A stretch of 64,000 nucleotides of DNA from Shigella phage ESh17. Positions within the stretch are counted from its first letter, which is position 1; the number at the start of each line of letters is the position of its first letter. Below the pieces are notes generated by a model. That model ran no database searches and was not told the origin of the DNA. It saw only the letters and a program-made list of their open reading frames with translations. Positions 38,911-49,476 of the stretch are shown piece after piece. A program made the position numbers and the translations under genes. The stretch lies in the sequence record ON528727. One strand, 5' to 3'.

Positions 38911-39593
38911 TGTTTGATTTTATTATAGATTTTGAAACAATGGGAAGCGGTGAAAAAGCAGCTGTTATTGATTTGGCTGTAATTGCTTTTGACCCTAACC
39001 CAGAAGTTGTTGAAACATTCGATGAACTAGTTTCACGTGGGATTAAAATTAAATTTGACTTAAAAAGTCAAAAAGGACATCGTCTTTTTACTAAAAGTAC
39101 TATCGAATGGTGGAAGAATCAATCTCCTGAAGCTCGAAAAAATATTGCACCGTCCGATGAAGATGTAAGCACTATCGACGGTATTGCGAAATTTAATGAT
39201 TACATCAATGCACATAATATCGATCCTTGGAAATCTCAAGGCTGGTGCCGTGGAATGTCGTTTGATTTTCCAATTTTAGTCGATCTCATTCGTGATGTTC
39301 AACGTCTTAATGGTGTTTCTGAGAATGAACTTGATACGTTTAAGTTAGAACCTTGTAAATTCTGGAATCAGCGTGATATTCGTACTAGAATTGAAGCACT
39401 TCTGCTTGTTCGTGATATGACCACGTGCCCTCTTCCAAAGGGAACTTTAGATGGATTCGTTGCACATGATTCTATTCATGACTGTGCGAAAGACATCCTG
39501 ATGATGAAGTATGCTTTGCGGTATGCTATGGGTCTTGAAGACGCTCCATCAGAGGAAGAATGCGATCCTCTATCTTTTCCAACAAAACGATAA
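38910..39593 (+). CDS. dexA: exonuclease A (DEDD family)
   Basis: 227 aa; N-terminal DFETMG exonuclease motif. Confidence 0.85.
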   Translation: MFDFIIDFETMGSGEKAAVIDLAVIAFDPNPEVVETFDELVSRGIKIKFDLKSQKGHRLFTKSTIEWWKNQSPEARKNIAPSDEDVSTIDGIAKFNDYINAHNIDPWKSQGWCRGMSFDFPILVDLIRDVQRLNGVSENELDTFKLEPCKFWNQRDIRTRIEALLLVRDMTTCPLPKGTLDGFVAHDSIHDCAKDILMMKYALRYAMGLEDAPSEEECDPLSFPTKR

Positions 39594-39632
39594 AAGTTGT
39601 TTACTTCCTCGGTTAGTTATGGTATTATAACA
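39585..39632 (+). promoter_or_regulatory. T4-type early promoter
   Basis: GTTTAC 39599-39604, TATTAT 39624-39629. Confidence 0.5.
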
Positions 39633-39655
39633 CCATAGCTACTGAGGATAATAAA

Positions 39656-40159
39656 ATGAAAATTTATCGTGTTGAATCATCTTTTAGTATTCTTAATAAT
39701 GAAGATGCTATAACAATACGTCGAAATCTTTGTGTTCAAATAACGCCATACAGGAGTATAATAGATTCATGGAGAGAAGAATGGTTATTACACGTAGGTT
39801 ATGACAGACCTAATTTTATGCATCATAGTAATGATAATAAAAGAATTCCTCTTCCGCACGAAGACAAACTATTAGTTAAAAATGCTAATATAGCAATTAA
39901 TACTAATTTTGAGAAAGAAGAATATGTAGGCGTAGATCACTATATTCCAGGATGGTTTATAGCTCTTTATCATTTTGCTTTCGCTAGCGAATATGATATG
40001 ATGAGATGGTTCACACGAGAAGAGCGCGAAGAATTATCTTCTAAAGGATTTTATCTCGCTGTATACGAAGTTCCTGAAGATGAAGTTATCATTGGTGGGC
40101 ACCAAGTAATGTTCCGCAAATCGCATGCTGAACTCGTAGATTTTATTGAAATGAGATAA
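39656..40159 (+). CDS. hypothetical protein (167 aa)
   Basis: ATG ORF downstream of the early promoter. Confidence 0.5.
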   Translation: MKIYRVESSFSILNNEDAITIRRNLCVQITPYRSIIDSWREEWLLHVGYDRPNFMHHSNDNKRIPLPHEDKLLVKNANIAINTNFEKEEYVGVDHYIPGWFIALYHFAFASEYDMMRWFTREEREELSSKGFYLAVYEVPEDEVIIGGHQVMFRKSHAELVDFIEMR

Positions 40160-40161
40160 TT

Positions 40162-40701
40162 ATGAAATTTAATTATAATCCTGAATACGCACCAAATCCG
40201 GTAGCTAAGCTGATTGATTTTGATGTTGTAAGCACTTATGTATGCCCTGTTAAACCACTGGAAATTAAGGAAACTACTATGACTACCGCTATTGAAATCG
40301 GCAAAACCTACAAACTGGTTGAACCTGAAATTAAAACTACTGAACTAAATATAGGTTATAAAGAACTGACTAGTGTTTTTGGTGAAGGCGAGTTTGTGGT
40401 TAAAAGTTTTTCAAAAAGTAATTGGTATGATAAGAATAAAGCTTACGTGATTCGAGCACATCGCTTAGATAATGATGAAGTAATTAAAACTATGGCCTTT
40501 GAAGCAGAGCTTATCCTCTTCAAAGAAGTTGATCCTACTGACCTTTTGACTCATGCGGTAGCTATTAAGACCCCATTTATTTCGGTCTGTGGTTGGGTAA
40601 CAGACCAATGGATTGAAGATGGTGTTGAACTTCTGAACGTTGTTCATGCAGGTGATTTTAGCGTAGTACCTCGTAGTGCAGTGGTAGCTATTTTGAATTA
40701 A
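40162..40701 (+). CDS. hypothetical protein (179 aa), paralog of 40778..41269
   Basis: Shared C-terminal motif ITDQWIEDGVEL ... VVP. Confidence 0.5.
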   Translation: MKFNYNPEYAPNPVAKLIDFDVVSTYVCPVKPLEIKETTMTTAIEIGKTYKLVEPEIKTTELNIGYKELTSVFGEGEFVVKSFSKSNWYDKNKAYVIRAHRLDNDEVIKTMAFEAELILFKEVDPTDLLTHAVAIKTPFISVCGWVTDQWIEDGVELLNVVHAGDFSVVPRSAVVAILN

Positions 40702-40777
40702 TAGTTTACAAACTCTTGGGACCAGAGTATAATGGTCCCGTGGAGTATAAAATCTTTTTAACAAGTGAGAGATAACT

Positions 40778-41269
40778 ATGATTATTAATATTGGTGAATT
40801 AGCTCGTGTATCTGATAAATCCCGTTCTAAAGCAGCAGGAAAATTGGTTGAAGTTGTAAGCATTCAGCTTAAACACGGCGTTAAAGATGAAGATTCTGAA
40901 GTAAAAGTGCGTATCATTCCTAAAGATGGAAAGTCTAAACCCCAGTTTGGCTATGTTCGTGCGAAATTTCTTGAGTCTGCGTTTTTAAAAGCTGTTCCTG
41001 CTAAAGGAATTGAAACGATTGATACTTCGCATGTAGGTGTAGACTTTAAGTGGAAACTCGGTCAAGCTATCAAGTTCGTTGCTCCTTATGAGTTTGAATT
41101 TACTGAAGGTGAGGAAGGTGTTGTTAACCGTACTCGCGCTATGTGTGCATACATTACCGATCAATGGGTAGAAGACGGTGTTAAGCTGTACAACGCGGTA
41201 TTTTTAGGAACATATAAAGTCATTCCTGAAAGTTGGATTAAACACTATAGCAAAGCTCGCTATGCATAA
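40778..41269 (+). CDS. hypothetical protein (163 aa), paralog of 40162..40701
   Basis: C-terminal ITDQWVEDGVKLYNAV ... VIP. Confidence 0.5.
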   Translation: MIINIGELARVSDKSRSKAAGKLVEVVSIQLKHGVKDEDSEVKVRIIPKDGKSKPQFGYVRAKFLESAFLKAVPAKGIETIDTSHVGVDFKWKLGQAIKFVAPYEFEFTEGEEGVVNRTRAMCAYITDQWVEDGVKLYNAVFLGTYKVIPESWIKHYSKARYA

Positions 41270-41366
41270 AGTTTAAAATTTTTTCATAAAACTATATACA
41301 TCAGTAGTTGATTATGGTACTATATCAATATCAACTACTGATACAGAAAACAACTTGGAGAATAAA

Positions 41367-41636
41367 ATGGAAAACTTAATTATCATCGAGCAATCTTTCA
41401 ATGATTATGGTATGGCTTACGGTTATCGTGCGATAATGGAAGATTCTCGTGGATGTGTTATCGATATTGCTGAATGCAAAGATTTACTGCAGCTTTTGAA
41501 GATTGTTCGTAAAAATTGGGATTGTGAAAACATTAAAGCTCGTGTTGTAACGGAAGAAGAAACTGTTTTTCATGATGTAAAATTCGCCAAAGGTGCTGCT
41601 ACTCTTCTGAAACGCATCGCTCCACTGTTTAATTAA
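41367..41636 (+). CDS. hypothetical protein (89 aa from ATG 41367)
   Basis: ATG in frame with the track TTG start at 41355. Confidence 0.45.
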   Translation: MENLIIIEQSFNDYGMAYGYRAIMEDSRGCVIDIAECKDLLQLLKIVRKNWDCENIKARVVTEEETVFHDVKFAKGAATLLKRIAPLFN

Positions 41637-41649
41637 TGAGGAAATTGTA

Positions 41650-41865
41650 ATGAAACGTAAAATTGTTCAGAAATGCACTAATGACGAATTTGAAGATGTA
41701 TTATTCGATCCAGATTTGGTAGTAGTTCAAAAGGAACACACCATCAAGTTTACTCACTTGACTTCGGTTTATGTGTATGAAAAGGTTGGTGATAAACAAC
41801 CGATTTATGGTGTATTCCGTGAAATCACTGAAGACGGTACAACTTACTGGAAGGAAATTTATTAA
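41650..41865 (+). CDS. hypothetical protein (71 aa)
   Basis: GAGGAAA ribosome-binding site then ATG. Confidence 0.45.
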   Translation: MKRKIVQKCTNDEFEDVLFDPDLVVVQKEHTIKFTHLTSVYVYEKVGDKQPIYGVFREITEDGTTYWKEIY

Positions 41866-42293
41866 TGGCTATTAGATTTGAAGTTAATAAATGGTATCAA
41901 TTTAAAAATAAACAAGCTCAAGAAAATTTTATTAAAGACCATACTGATAACGGAATCTATGCGCGTCGTTTAGGTATGCATCCTTTTAAAATTTTAGATG
42001 CTGACCATCTTGGTCGTCCTACTAAAATTATGTCATTTACTGGTGCAATTGGATATGCAAAACATGGTGATATCCTTGATGAAAACTTTATCTGGCTTTC
42101 TACTAACGAAGCTGAGTTCTTTGATGAAGTGGAAAATCCATATCAGGCTGCTGAAGAACAAGAGCAGGAAGAGCAGGAAGAGCAAGAACAAATAGAAGAT
42201 TTCACAGAATTCCCAGTCATGAAAGTTACTATTGAAAATAATGAACAGGCGTGGTCTTTGTATCAGATGTTGAAAGCTCACTTTAAGGAATAA
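41865..42293 (+). CDS. hypothetical protein with acidic EQ repeat
   Basis: 142 aa; [18 protein letters not shown] low-complexity tract. Confidence 0.5.
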   Translation: MAIRFEVNKWYQFKNKQAQENFIKDHTDNGIYARRLGMHPFKILDADHLGRPTKIMSFTGAIGYAKHGDILDENFIWLSTNEAEFFDEVENPYQAAEEQEQEEQEEQEQIEDFTEFPVMKVTIENNEQAWSLYQMLKAHFKE

Positions 42294-42295
42294 TT

Positions 42296-42472
42296 ATGCC
42301 GCTTTATGATTATAAATGTCAATCTAAAGACTGTGCAAAAGAATACGAAAAAATCAAGAAAATTTCTGAAAGGGATACTGATGTATGTCCTGATTGTCAT
42401 CGGATTGCTATTCGGTTAGTTTCCGCTCCTAAGCATGTGAATGGTGGTTTTTACGACTTACTTAAAGGGTAA
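42296..42472 (+). CDS. zinc-ribbon mini-protein (58 aa)
   Basis: YDYKCQSKDC ... CPDC (two CxxC pairs); not in the supplied track. Confidence 0.45.
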   Translation: MPLYDYKCQSKDCAKEYEKIKKISERDTDVCPDCHRIAIRLVSAPKHVNGGFYDLLKG

Positions 42473-42474
42473 TT

Positions 42475-42846
42475 ATGTTTAAAATTGGTAAGAAATATCG
42501 CATTCGCGAAGGTGAAGAAAAGAAATATCTATTTTCTGCTATTTATAGGAATGGTTCTATTAATGCCGTAATATCTACAAGCGAATTTATCGTTGAAGAT
42601 ATGAAAGGTAATAACGTTACAATGATTAGTACAGCATCTGGAAATGATGGAAAAATTCTTCACAGTTTTCAGAGTAATGTTCTAATATATGATGAAGAAT
42701 TTGACTTCTTCGAAGAAGTTCCCGAAGATTTTGATTTTGAATGCACTATCACTATGAAATCTGGTGACCCTCTTTCATTTACGGTTAAAGATGAAAGAAG
42801 TCGCTTGAGAATTATTAGTCTTCTTCAAGCCATTAAATTTGAGTGA
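42475..42846 (+). CDS. hypothetical protein (123 aa)
   Basis: ATG ORF. Confidence 0.5.
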   Translation: MFKIGKKYRIREGEEKKYLFSAIYRNGSINAVISTSEFIVEDMKGNNVTMISTASGNDGKILHSFQSNVLIYDEEFDFFEEVPEDFDFECTITMKSGDPLSFTVKDERSRLRIISLLQAIKFE

Positions 42847-42850
42847 AATT

Positions 42851-43111
42851 ATGAAATATATTAATCGTTCTATCGCAGCATTAGTATTAGCAGTGTCTTT
42901 AGCAGGATGTACTGATGCTGATAATGCAACCAAAGTTTTGTCTTCAAGTGGTTTTACTAATATTGAAATCACTGGATATAACTGGTTCGGTTGCTCTGAA
43001 AATGATTTCCAACATACTGGATTTCGTGCTATTGGACCTACCGGGCAGAAAGTAGAAGGAACCGTATGTTCTGGTCTATTCTTCAAGGATTCGACTATCC
43101 GTTTTAAATAA
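42851..43111 (+). CDS. putative lipoprotein (86 aa)
   Basis: ATG 42851; signal peptide with lipobox LAGC. Confidence 0.5.
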   Translation: MKYINRSIAALVLAVSLAGCTDADNATKVLSSSGFTNIEITGYNWFGCSENDFQHTGFRAIGPTGQKVEGTVCSGLFFKDSTIRFK

Positions 43112-43112
43112 A

Positions 43113-43130
43113 AGGCCTTCGGGCCTTTAG
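43113..43130 (+). terminator. rho-independent terminator (AGGCC-TTCG-GGCCT + TT)
   Basis: Tetraloop hairpin. Confidence 0.55.
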
Positions 43131-43180
43131 CTTTATGATTACCGGAGTATAATATTCCCGAAACCAAACGAGGATAAGTG

Positions 43181-44998
43181 ATGATTAAGAATGAAATTAA
43201 AATTCTGAGCGATATTGAACATATCAAAAAGCGTAGCGGCATGTACATTGGTTCTTCTGCTAATGAAATGCATGAGCGCTTTCTGTTTGGTAAATGGGAA
43301 AGTGTTCAGTATGTACCTGGTCTTGTTAAGCTTATTGATGAAATTATCGATAACTCAGTAGATGAAGGTATTCGTACTAAGTTTAAATTCGCGAATAAAA
43401 TTAATGTTACTATCAAAAACAATCAAGTAACTGTTGAAGATAACGGTCGTGGTATTCCACAAGCGATGGTTAAAACACCTACTGGTGAAGAAATTCCTGG
43501 TCCTGTTGCCGCCTGGACTATTCCAAAAGCAGGTGGTAATTTCGGTGATGATAAAGAACGCGTCACTGGCGGTATGAACGGTGTTGGTTCTAGTTTAACT
43601 AACATTTTTTCTGTGATGTTTGTCGGTGAAACTGGCGACGGTCAAAATAATATTGTAGTTCGTTGTTCAAATGGCATGGAAAATAAATCATGGGAAACTA
43701 TTCCTGGAAAATGGAAAGGAACTCGTGTTACTTTCATTCCTGATTTTATGTCATTTGAAACTAATGAGCTATCTCAAGTTTATCTTGACATTACATTGGA
43801 TCGTCTCCAGACACTTGCAGTAGTTTATCCTGATATTCAATTTACATTTAATGGTAAAAAGGTTCAAGGTAATTTTAAGAAATATGCACGCCAATATGAT
43901 GAGCATGCTATCGTTCAAGAACAAGAAAATTGTTCTATTGCGGTTGGTCGTTCACCGGATGGTTTTCGTCAATTAACATACGTCAATAACATTCATACTA
44001 AGAATGGTGGCCATCATATTGACTGTGTTATGGATGATATTTGTGAAGACCTTATTCCACAAATCAAACGCAAGTTCAAAATTGATGTAACTAAAGCACG
44101 TGTTAAAGAATGTTTGACTATCGTCATGTTTGTTCGTGATATGAAAAACATGCGATTTGATTCTCAGACTAAAGAGCGTTTGACTTCTCCATTTGGTGAA
44201 ATTCGTAGTCATATTCAGCTTGATGCTAAAAAGATTTCACGCGCTATTTTAAACAATGAAGCAATTTTAATGCCAATTATTGAAGCTGCTTTGGCTCGTA
44301 AATTGGCGGCAGAAAAAGCAGCAGAAACTAAAGCAGCTAAAAAGGCCTCTAAAGCTAAGGTTCATAAACATATTAAAGCGAATCTTTGTGGTAAAGATGC
44401 TGATACTACTCTTTTCTTGACTGAAGGTGATTCGGCTATTGGATATCTCATTGATGTTCGTGATAAAGAACTTCATGGTGGTTATCCATTACGTGGTAAA
44501 GTTCTCAACAGTTGGGGTATGTCTTATGCAGATATGCTTAAAAACAAAGAACTATTTGATATTTGCGCAATCACTGGATTAGTTCTCGGTGAAAAAGCTG
44601 AAAACTTGAATTATCATAATATCGCTATTATGACTGATGCTGACCATGATGGTCTAGGAAGCATTTATCCTTCTCTGCTCGGATTTTTTAGTAATTGGCC
44701 AGAATTGTTTGAGCAAGGAAGAATTCGCTTTGTCAAAACTCCTGTAATCATCGCTCAGGTCGGTAAAAAACAAGAATGGTTTTATACAGTCGCTGAATAT
44801 GAGAGTGCTAAAGATGCTCTACCTAAACATAGCATCCGTTATATTAAGGGACTTGGCTCTTTGGAAAAATCTGAATATCGTGAGATGATTCAAAACCCAG
44901 TATATGATGTTGTTAAACTTCCTGAGAACTGGAAAGAGCTTTTTGAAATGCTCATGGGAGATAATGCTGATCTTCGTAAAGAATGGATGAGCCAGTAG
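43181..44998 (+). CDS. 39: DNA topoisomerase II ATPase subunit, single full-length GyrB-like ORF
   Basis: 605 aa from ATG 43181; GHKL motifs (EIIDNSVDE, GRGIP) and Toprim (LTEGDSA) in one ORF. Confidence 0.88.
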   Translation: MIKNEIKILSDIEHIKKRSGMYIGSSANEMHERFLFGKWESVQYVPGLVKLIDEIIDNSVDEGIRTKFKFANKINVTIKNNQVTVEDNGRGIPQAMVKTPTGEEIPGPVAAWTIPKAGGNFGDDKERVTGGMNGVGSSLTNIFSVMFVGETGDGQNNIVVRCSNGMENKSWETIPGKWKGTRVTFIPDFMSFETNELSQVYLDITLDRLQTLAVVYPDIQFTFNGKKVQGNFKKYARQYDEHAIVQEQENCSIAVGRSPDGFRQLTYVNNIHTKNGGHHIDCVMDDICEDLIPQIKRKFKIDVTKARVKECLTIVMFVRDMKNMRFDSQTKERLTSPFGEIRSHIQLDAKKISRAILNNEAILMPIIEAALARKLAAEKAAETKAAKKASKAKVHKHIKANLCGKDADTTLFLTEGDSAIGYLIDVRDKELHGGYPLRGKVLNSWGMSYADMLKNKELFDICAITGLVLGEKAENLNYHNIAIMTDADHDGLGSIYPSLLGFFSNWPELFEQGRIRFVKTPVIIAQVGKKQEWFYTVAEYESAKDALPKHSIRYIKGLGSLEKSEYREMIQNPVYDVVKLPENWKELFEMLMGDNADLRKEWMSQ

Positions 44999-45030
44999 TT
45001 TACTTTACCACAAGGATGTGGTATAATTAA
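44985..45030 (+). promoter_or_regulatory. T4-type early promoter
   Basis: GTTTAC 44998-45003, 18-nt spacer, TATAAT 45022-45027. Confidence 0.55.
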
Positions 45031-45052
45031 TTGGGCAAATGAGGATATTGAA

Positions 45053-45256
45053 ATGAAATCATATAAAGTAAATTTAGAACTTTTTGATAAAGCAGTTCAT
45101 CGAGAATATAGAATCATTCAACGCTTTTTCGATATGGGAGAAGCCGAAGAATTTAAAAACCGCTTTAAAGATATTAGAGATAAAATTCAATCCGACAGTG
45201 CAACTAAAGATGAACTATTAGAAGTTGCTGAAGTTATTAAGCGTAATATGAATTAA
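45053..45256 (+). CDS. hypothetical protein (67 aa)
   Basis: ATG ORF between gene 39 and rIIA. Confidence 0.45.
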   Translation: MKSYKVNLELFDKAVHREYRIIQRFFDMGEAEEFKNRFKDIRDKIQSDSATKDELLEVAEVIKRNMN

Positions 45257-45266
45257 TGAGGAAATT

Positions 45267-47444
45267 ATGATTATCACCACTGAAAAAGAAACAATTCTTG
45301 GTAATGGTTCTAAATCAAAAGCATTTAGCATCACAGCATCTCCTAAAGTATTTAAAATTCTGTCATCTGATTTGTATACAAACAAGATTCGCGCAGTAGT
45401 CCGTGAATTGATTACCAACATGATTGATGCCCATGCTCTCAATGGAAATCCTGAAAAATTTATCATTCAAGTTCCAGGACGATTAGATCCGCGATTTGTT
45501 TGCCGAGATTTTGGTCCGGGTATGAGCGATTTTGATATTCAAGGTGATGATAATTCTCCTGGGTTGTATAATTCATACTTTAGTTCATCTAAGGCTGAAT
45601 CTAACGATTTCATTGGCGGATTTGGTTTAGGTTCTAAATCTCCGTTTAGCTATACTGATACGTTTAGTATTACTTCATATCATAAAGGCGAAATTCGTGG
45701 TTATGTAGCTTACATGGATGGTGATGGTCCGCAAATTAAACCTACATTCGTAAAAGAAATGGGTCCAGACGATAAAACTGGTATTGAAATTGTAGTTCCA
45801 GTTGAAGAAAAAGACTTTAGAAACTTTGCTTATGAAGTTTCTTATATCATGCGACCATTCAAAGATTTGGCTATCATTAATGGTCTTGACCGCGAAATTG
45901 ATTATTTTCCGGATTTTGATGACTATTACGGCGTAAATCCAGAAAGATATTGGCCAGATCGTGGTGGATTGTATGCTATCTATGGTGGTATTGTTTATCC
46001 TATTGATGGTGTTATTAGAGACCGTAACTGGTTAAGCATCCGCAATGAAGTGAATTACATTAAGTTTCCAATGGGTTCACTTGATATTGCTCCATCACGC
46101 GAAGCTCTTTCACTAGATGATCGTACCCGTAAAAATATTATTGAGCGTGTTAAAGAGCTTAGTGAGAAGGCATTCAATGAAGATGTAAAACGATTTAAAG
46201 AATCTACATCTCCTCGTCATACATACCGCGAATTGATGAAGATGGGATATTCTGCTCGAGATTATATGATTAGTAATTCAGTCAAATTTACGACTAAAAA
46301 TCTGTCATATAAGAAGATGCAAAGCATGTTTGAACCTGATAGTAAACTATGTAATGCAGGAGTTGTGTATGAAGTAAATCTTGACCCTCGACTGAAGCGC
46401 ATTAAGCAAAGTCATGAAACTTCAGCCATTGCATCAAGTTATCGTCTGTTCGGTATTAATACAACAAAAATTAATATCGTTATTGATAATATTAAAAATC
46501 GTGTTAATATTGTCCGTGGATTAGCGCATGCGTTAGATGATAAAGAATTTAATAACACTTTAAATATTCATCACAACGAGCGTCTTCTGTTTATTAATCC
46601 GGAAGTAGAATCGCAGATTGATTTACTCCCTGATATTATGGCAATGTTTGAAAGTGATGAAGTTAACATTCATTATTTGTCAGAAATTGAAGCTTTAGTT
46701 AAAAGTTATATTCCGAAGGCAGTTAAAAGTAAAGCTCCTCGTCCTAAAGCTGCTACTGCATTTAAGTTTGAAATTAAAGACGGGCGCTGGGAAAAAGAGG
46801 AATTATTTACGCTCACATCAGAAGCAGATGAAATTACTGGGTATGTAGCGTATATGCATCGTTCTGATATTTTCTCTATGGATGGTACTACATCTCTTTG
46901 TCATCCATCTATGAATATTTTGATTCGTATGGCTAATCTTATTGGCATTAATGAATTTTATGTTATTCGTCCGCTTTTGCAGAAAAAGGTAAAAGAGCTC
47001 GGTCAGTGCCAATGTATTTTTGAAGCTTTGCGTGATTTATATGTAGATGCTTTTGATGATGTAGATTATGATAAGTATGTAGGTTATTCAAGTTCAGCTC
47101 AACGATATATTGATAAAATTATCAAGCATCCTGAACTAGATTTTATGATGAAGTACTTCAGTACAGATGAAGTTTCTGAAGAATATACACGACTCGCTAA
47201 TATAGTTAGTTCATTGCGCGGTGTATATTTTAATGGTGGAAAAGATACCATCGGTCATGACATCTGGACGGTAACTAATCTTTTTGATGAATTATCACGT
47301 AATGCTTCAAAAAATAGTGATAAAATGGTTGCTGAGTTTACCAAGAAATTCCGTATTGTTTCCGACTTCATCGGTTATCGCAACTCTTTAAGTGATGATG
47401 AAGTTTCCCAAATCGCTAAAACTATGAAGGCCCTTGCGGCCTAA
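45267..47444 (+). CDS. rIIA: rIIA protein
   Basis: 725 aa; N-terminal ATPase-like region; sequence and length as T4 rIIA. Confidence 0.9.
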   Translation: MIITTEKETILGNGSKSKAFSITASPKVFKILSSDLYTNKIRAVVRELITNMIDAHALNGNPEKFIIQVPGRLDPRFVCRDFGPGMSDFDIQGDDNSPGLYNSYFSSSKAESNDFIGGFGLGSKSPFSYTDTFSITSYHKGEIRGYVAYMDGDGPQIKPTFVKEMGPDDKTGIEIVVPVEEKDFRNFAYEVSYIMRPFKDLAIINGLDREIDYFPDFDDYYGVNPERYWPDRGGLYAIYGGIVYPIDGVIRDRNWLSIRNEVNYIKFPMGSLDIAPSREALSLDDRTRKNIIERVKELSEKAFNEDVKRFKESTSPRHTYRELMKMGYSARDYMISNSVKFTTKNLSYKKMQSMFEPDSKLCNAGVVYEVNLDPRLKRIKQSHETSAIASSYRLFGINTTKINIVIDNIKNRVNIVRGLAHALDDKEFNNTLNIHHNERLLFINPEVESQIDLLPDIMAMFESDEVNIHYLSEIEALVKSYIPKAVKSKAPRPKAATAFKFEIKDGRWEKEELFTLTSEADEITGYVAYMHRSDIFSMDGTTSLCHPSMNILIRMANLIGINEFYVIRPLLQKKVKELGQCQCIFEALRDLYVDAFDDVDYDKYVGYSSSAQRYIDKIIKHPELDFMMKYFSTDEVSEEYTRLANIVSSLRGVYFNGGKDTIGHDIWTVTNLFDELSRNASKNSDKMVAEFTKKFRIVSDFIGYRNSLSDDEVSQIAKTMKALAA

Positions 47445-47455
47445 TAAGGAAAATT

Positions 47456-48394
47456 ATGTACAATATTAAATGCCTGACCAAAAACGAACAAGCTGAAATT
47501 GTTAAACTGTATTCAAGTGGTAATTATACCCAACAGGAATTAGCTTATTGGAAGGATGTATCGGTTGACACAATCCGTCGTGTTTTGAAAAATGCTGAAG
47601 AAGCTAAACGCTCTAAAGTTACTATTAGCGGTGATATTACAGTTAAAGTTAATAGCGATGCAGTTATTGCTCCAGTTGCTAAATCTGACATTATTTGGAA
47701 TGCATCTAAAAAATTCATTTCAATTACTGTTGACGGTGTAACTTATAACGCAACTCCTAATACTCATTCAAACTTCCAGGAAATTCTTAATCTGCTTGTA
47801 GCGGATAGGCTGGAAGAAGCTGCACAAAAAATTAATGTTCGCCGTGCTGTTGAAAAATATATTTCCGGCGATGTTCGAATTGAAGGTGGAAGCTTGTTCT
47901 ATCAAAATATCGAATTGCGGTCTGGTTTGGTTGATCGTATTCTTGACTCGATGGAAAAAGGCGAAAACTTTGAATTTTATTTCCCGTTCTTGGAAAATCT
48001 GCTGGAAAACCCAAGCCAAAAAGCGGTATCTCGACTCTTTGATTTCTTGGTAGCAAACGATATTGAAATTACAGAAGATGGTTACTTCTATGCTTGGAAA
48101 GTAGTTCGCAGCAATTACTTTGACTGTCACTCAAACACCTTTGATAACAGTCCTGGTAAAGTAGTTAAAATGCCACGTACTCGTGTGAATGACGATGATA
48201 CACAAACTTGTTCTCGTGGTCTGCATGTGTGTTCTAAATCTTATATTCGTCACTTTGGTAGTTCAACTAGCCGAGTTGTAAAAGTTAAAGTACATCCACG
48301 TGATGTAGTATCAATTCCGATTGATTACAACGATGCTAAAATGCGTACTTGCCAATACGAAGTAGTTGAAGACGTTACTGAGCAATTTAAATAA
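47456..48394 (+). CDS. rIIB: rIIB protein
   Basis: 312 aa; sequence recalled as T4 rIIB. Confidence 0.9.
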   Translation: MYNIKCLTKNEQAEIVKLYSSGNYTQQELAYWKDVSVDTIRRVLKNAEEAKRSKVTISGDITVKVNSDAVIAPVAKSDIIWNASKKFISITVDGVTYNATPNTHSNFQEILNLLVADRLEEAAQKINVRRAVEKYISGDVRIEGGSLFYQNIELRSGLVDRILDSMEKGENFEFYFPFLENLLENPSQKAVSRLFDFLVANDIEITEDGYFYAWKVVRSNYFDCHSNTFDNSPGKVVKMPRTRVNDDDTQTCSRGLHVCSKSYIRHFGSSTSRVVKVKVHPRDVVSIPIDYNDAKMRTCQYEVVEDVTEQFK

Positions 48395-48400
48395 GGGCTT
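48385..48400 (+). terminator. hairpin GGGC-TTCG-GCCC after rIIB
   Basis: Tetraloop hairpin overlapping the rIIB stop; weak T tail. Confidence 0.45.
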
Positions 48401-48423
48401 CGGCCCTTGACTAAAGGAAATTT

Positions 48424-48618
48424 ATGTTAGGTTATCAAGCACGAGTAAAAGAAGAATACGATCAATTAATGCTCAAAATTAATGCACTGAGTAAATTTTT
48501 AGAAAGCGCAAAGTTTCTAACAGTTAGTGCAGTTGAGCAAGAACTGCTACTTTCACAGTTCATCTCAATGAAATCTTATGCTGAATGTCTAGAGAAAAGA
48601 ATTGCACAATTCAAATAA
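48424..48618 (+). CDS. hypothetical protein (64 aa)
   Basis: ATG ORF bracketed by two hairpins. Confidence 0.45.
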   Translation: MLGYQARVKEEYDQLMLKINALSKFLESAKFLTVSAVEQELLLSQFISMKSYAECLEKRIAQFK

Positions 48619-48623
48619 AATAA

Positions 48624-48645
48624 GGGGCTTCGGCCCTTTTGTTTT
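48624..48645 (+). terminator. rho-independent terminator (GGGC-TTCG-GCCC + TTTTGTTTT)
   Basis: Tetraloop hairpin with T-run. Confidence 0.65.
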
Positions 48646-48656
48646 AAGGAAAAATT

Positions 48657-48986
48657 ATGATTTATTGTATGAATATCGGTGATTCCGACATAAAAGAGAT
48701 TAAACTGCACGGAAACCATCACGCTAATATTGTGTACTGCAATAAATTTGAGTTTGGTCACGAAAAACTTGGGTTTCTTTACTGCAATGATATTATAGTC
48801 ATGGATAAAAAGGAACTCGATGAACTTGATCGTGAGTCTTTAGATGAAAATGACCGAATTTATTACGGCACTCTTAAAGTATATAACGCTTATCTCAGCG
48901 GTAAAAAGGAAAGTCTAAATGCAGAAAACGAATCCGGGTTTACAGAGACTATTTCAGATTCCGACATTTACCCTATCGAACAGTGA
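48657..48986 (+). CDS. hypothetical protein (109 aa)
   Basis: ATG ORF; overlaps the next gene by 68 nt. Confidence 0.45.
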   Translation: MIYCMNIGDSDIKEIKLHGNHHANIVYCNKFEFGHEKLGFLYCNDIIVMDKKELDELDRESLDENDRIYYGTLKVYNAYLSGKKESLNAENESGFTETISDSDIYPIEQ

Positions 48987-49476
48987 CTTGACTAGTGAAA
49001 TGAAGGTCAAAATTGCTGATACAGCAAGATACTCTTTAAAACAAAACCCGAACCAGGATAAAGCAGAAGTTATCGAAAGATGTCGTATCGCGGTGTACGC
49101 AGAGTTTTTTGTAGCAGATTGGCTAAGCGGGTATGTTAACAAAGGCCAAGAGGATGTTAATGACCCGTATACATACGCATGGGATGTATTGGCGCATCCA
49201 AGATACTGCGGGCTTCGTGTAGAAGTTAAGACACATCAAACTGACTCACGTTGGATTTCTGTAACAACAGGATGCAGCGGAGAGTATCCATACGGTTCTG
49301 GAATAAATCTAGGGCCTATTCTGAATCATCAGGTCGCTGACTGTATAATTATATTCAACACTAAAGAAATTCATCCAGGTGTCATCCAGTACACTCCGAA
49401 GTTCATCGGTGATAGAGAAGACCTTCGTAAGGTTGTAAGAAAAAGCAACTACAACGGATGGTATCTTTCCATTTAA
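48919..49476 (+). CDS. denB: endonuclease IV-like (DenB)
   Basis: 185 aa; size and position downstream of rIIB as T4 denB; identity by position and size only. Confidence 0.55.
   Translation: MQKTNPGLQRLFQIPTFTLSNSDLTSEMKVKIADTARYSLKQNPNQDKAEVIERCRIAVYAEFFVADWLSGYVNKGQEDVNDPYTYAWDVLAHPRYCGLRVEVKTHQTDSRWISVTTGCSGEYPYGSGINLGPILNHQVADCIIIFNTKEIHPGVIQYTPKFIGDREDLRKVVRKSNYNGWYLSI

Noticed and set aside
41998-42281. Overlapping ORFs 41998-42195 (+) and 42033-42281 (-)
   Set aside because: Generated by the GAA/CAG acidic repeat of the 41865-42293 gene; translations are low-complexity repeats.
47768-48130. Three antisense or alternate-frame ORFs inside rIIB
   Set aside because: rIIB is confidently identified across this span; these are shadow ORFs.
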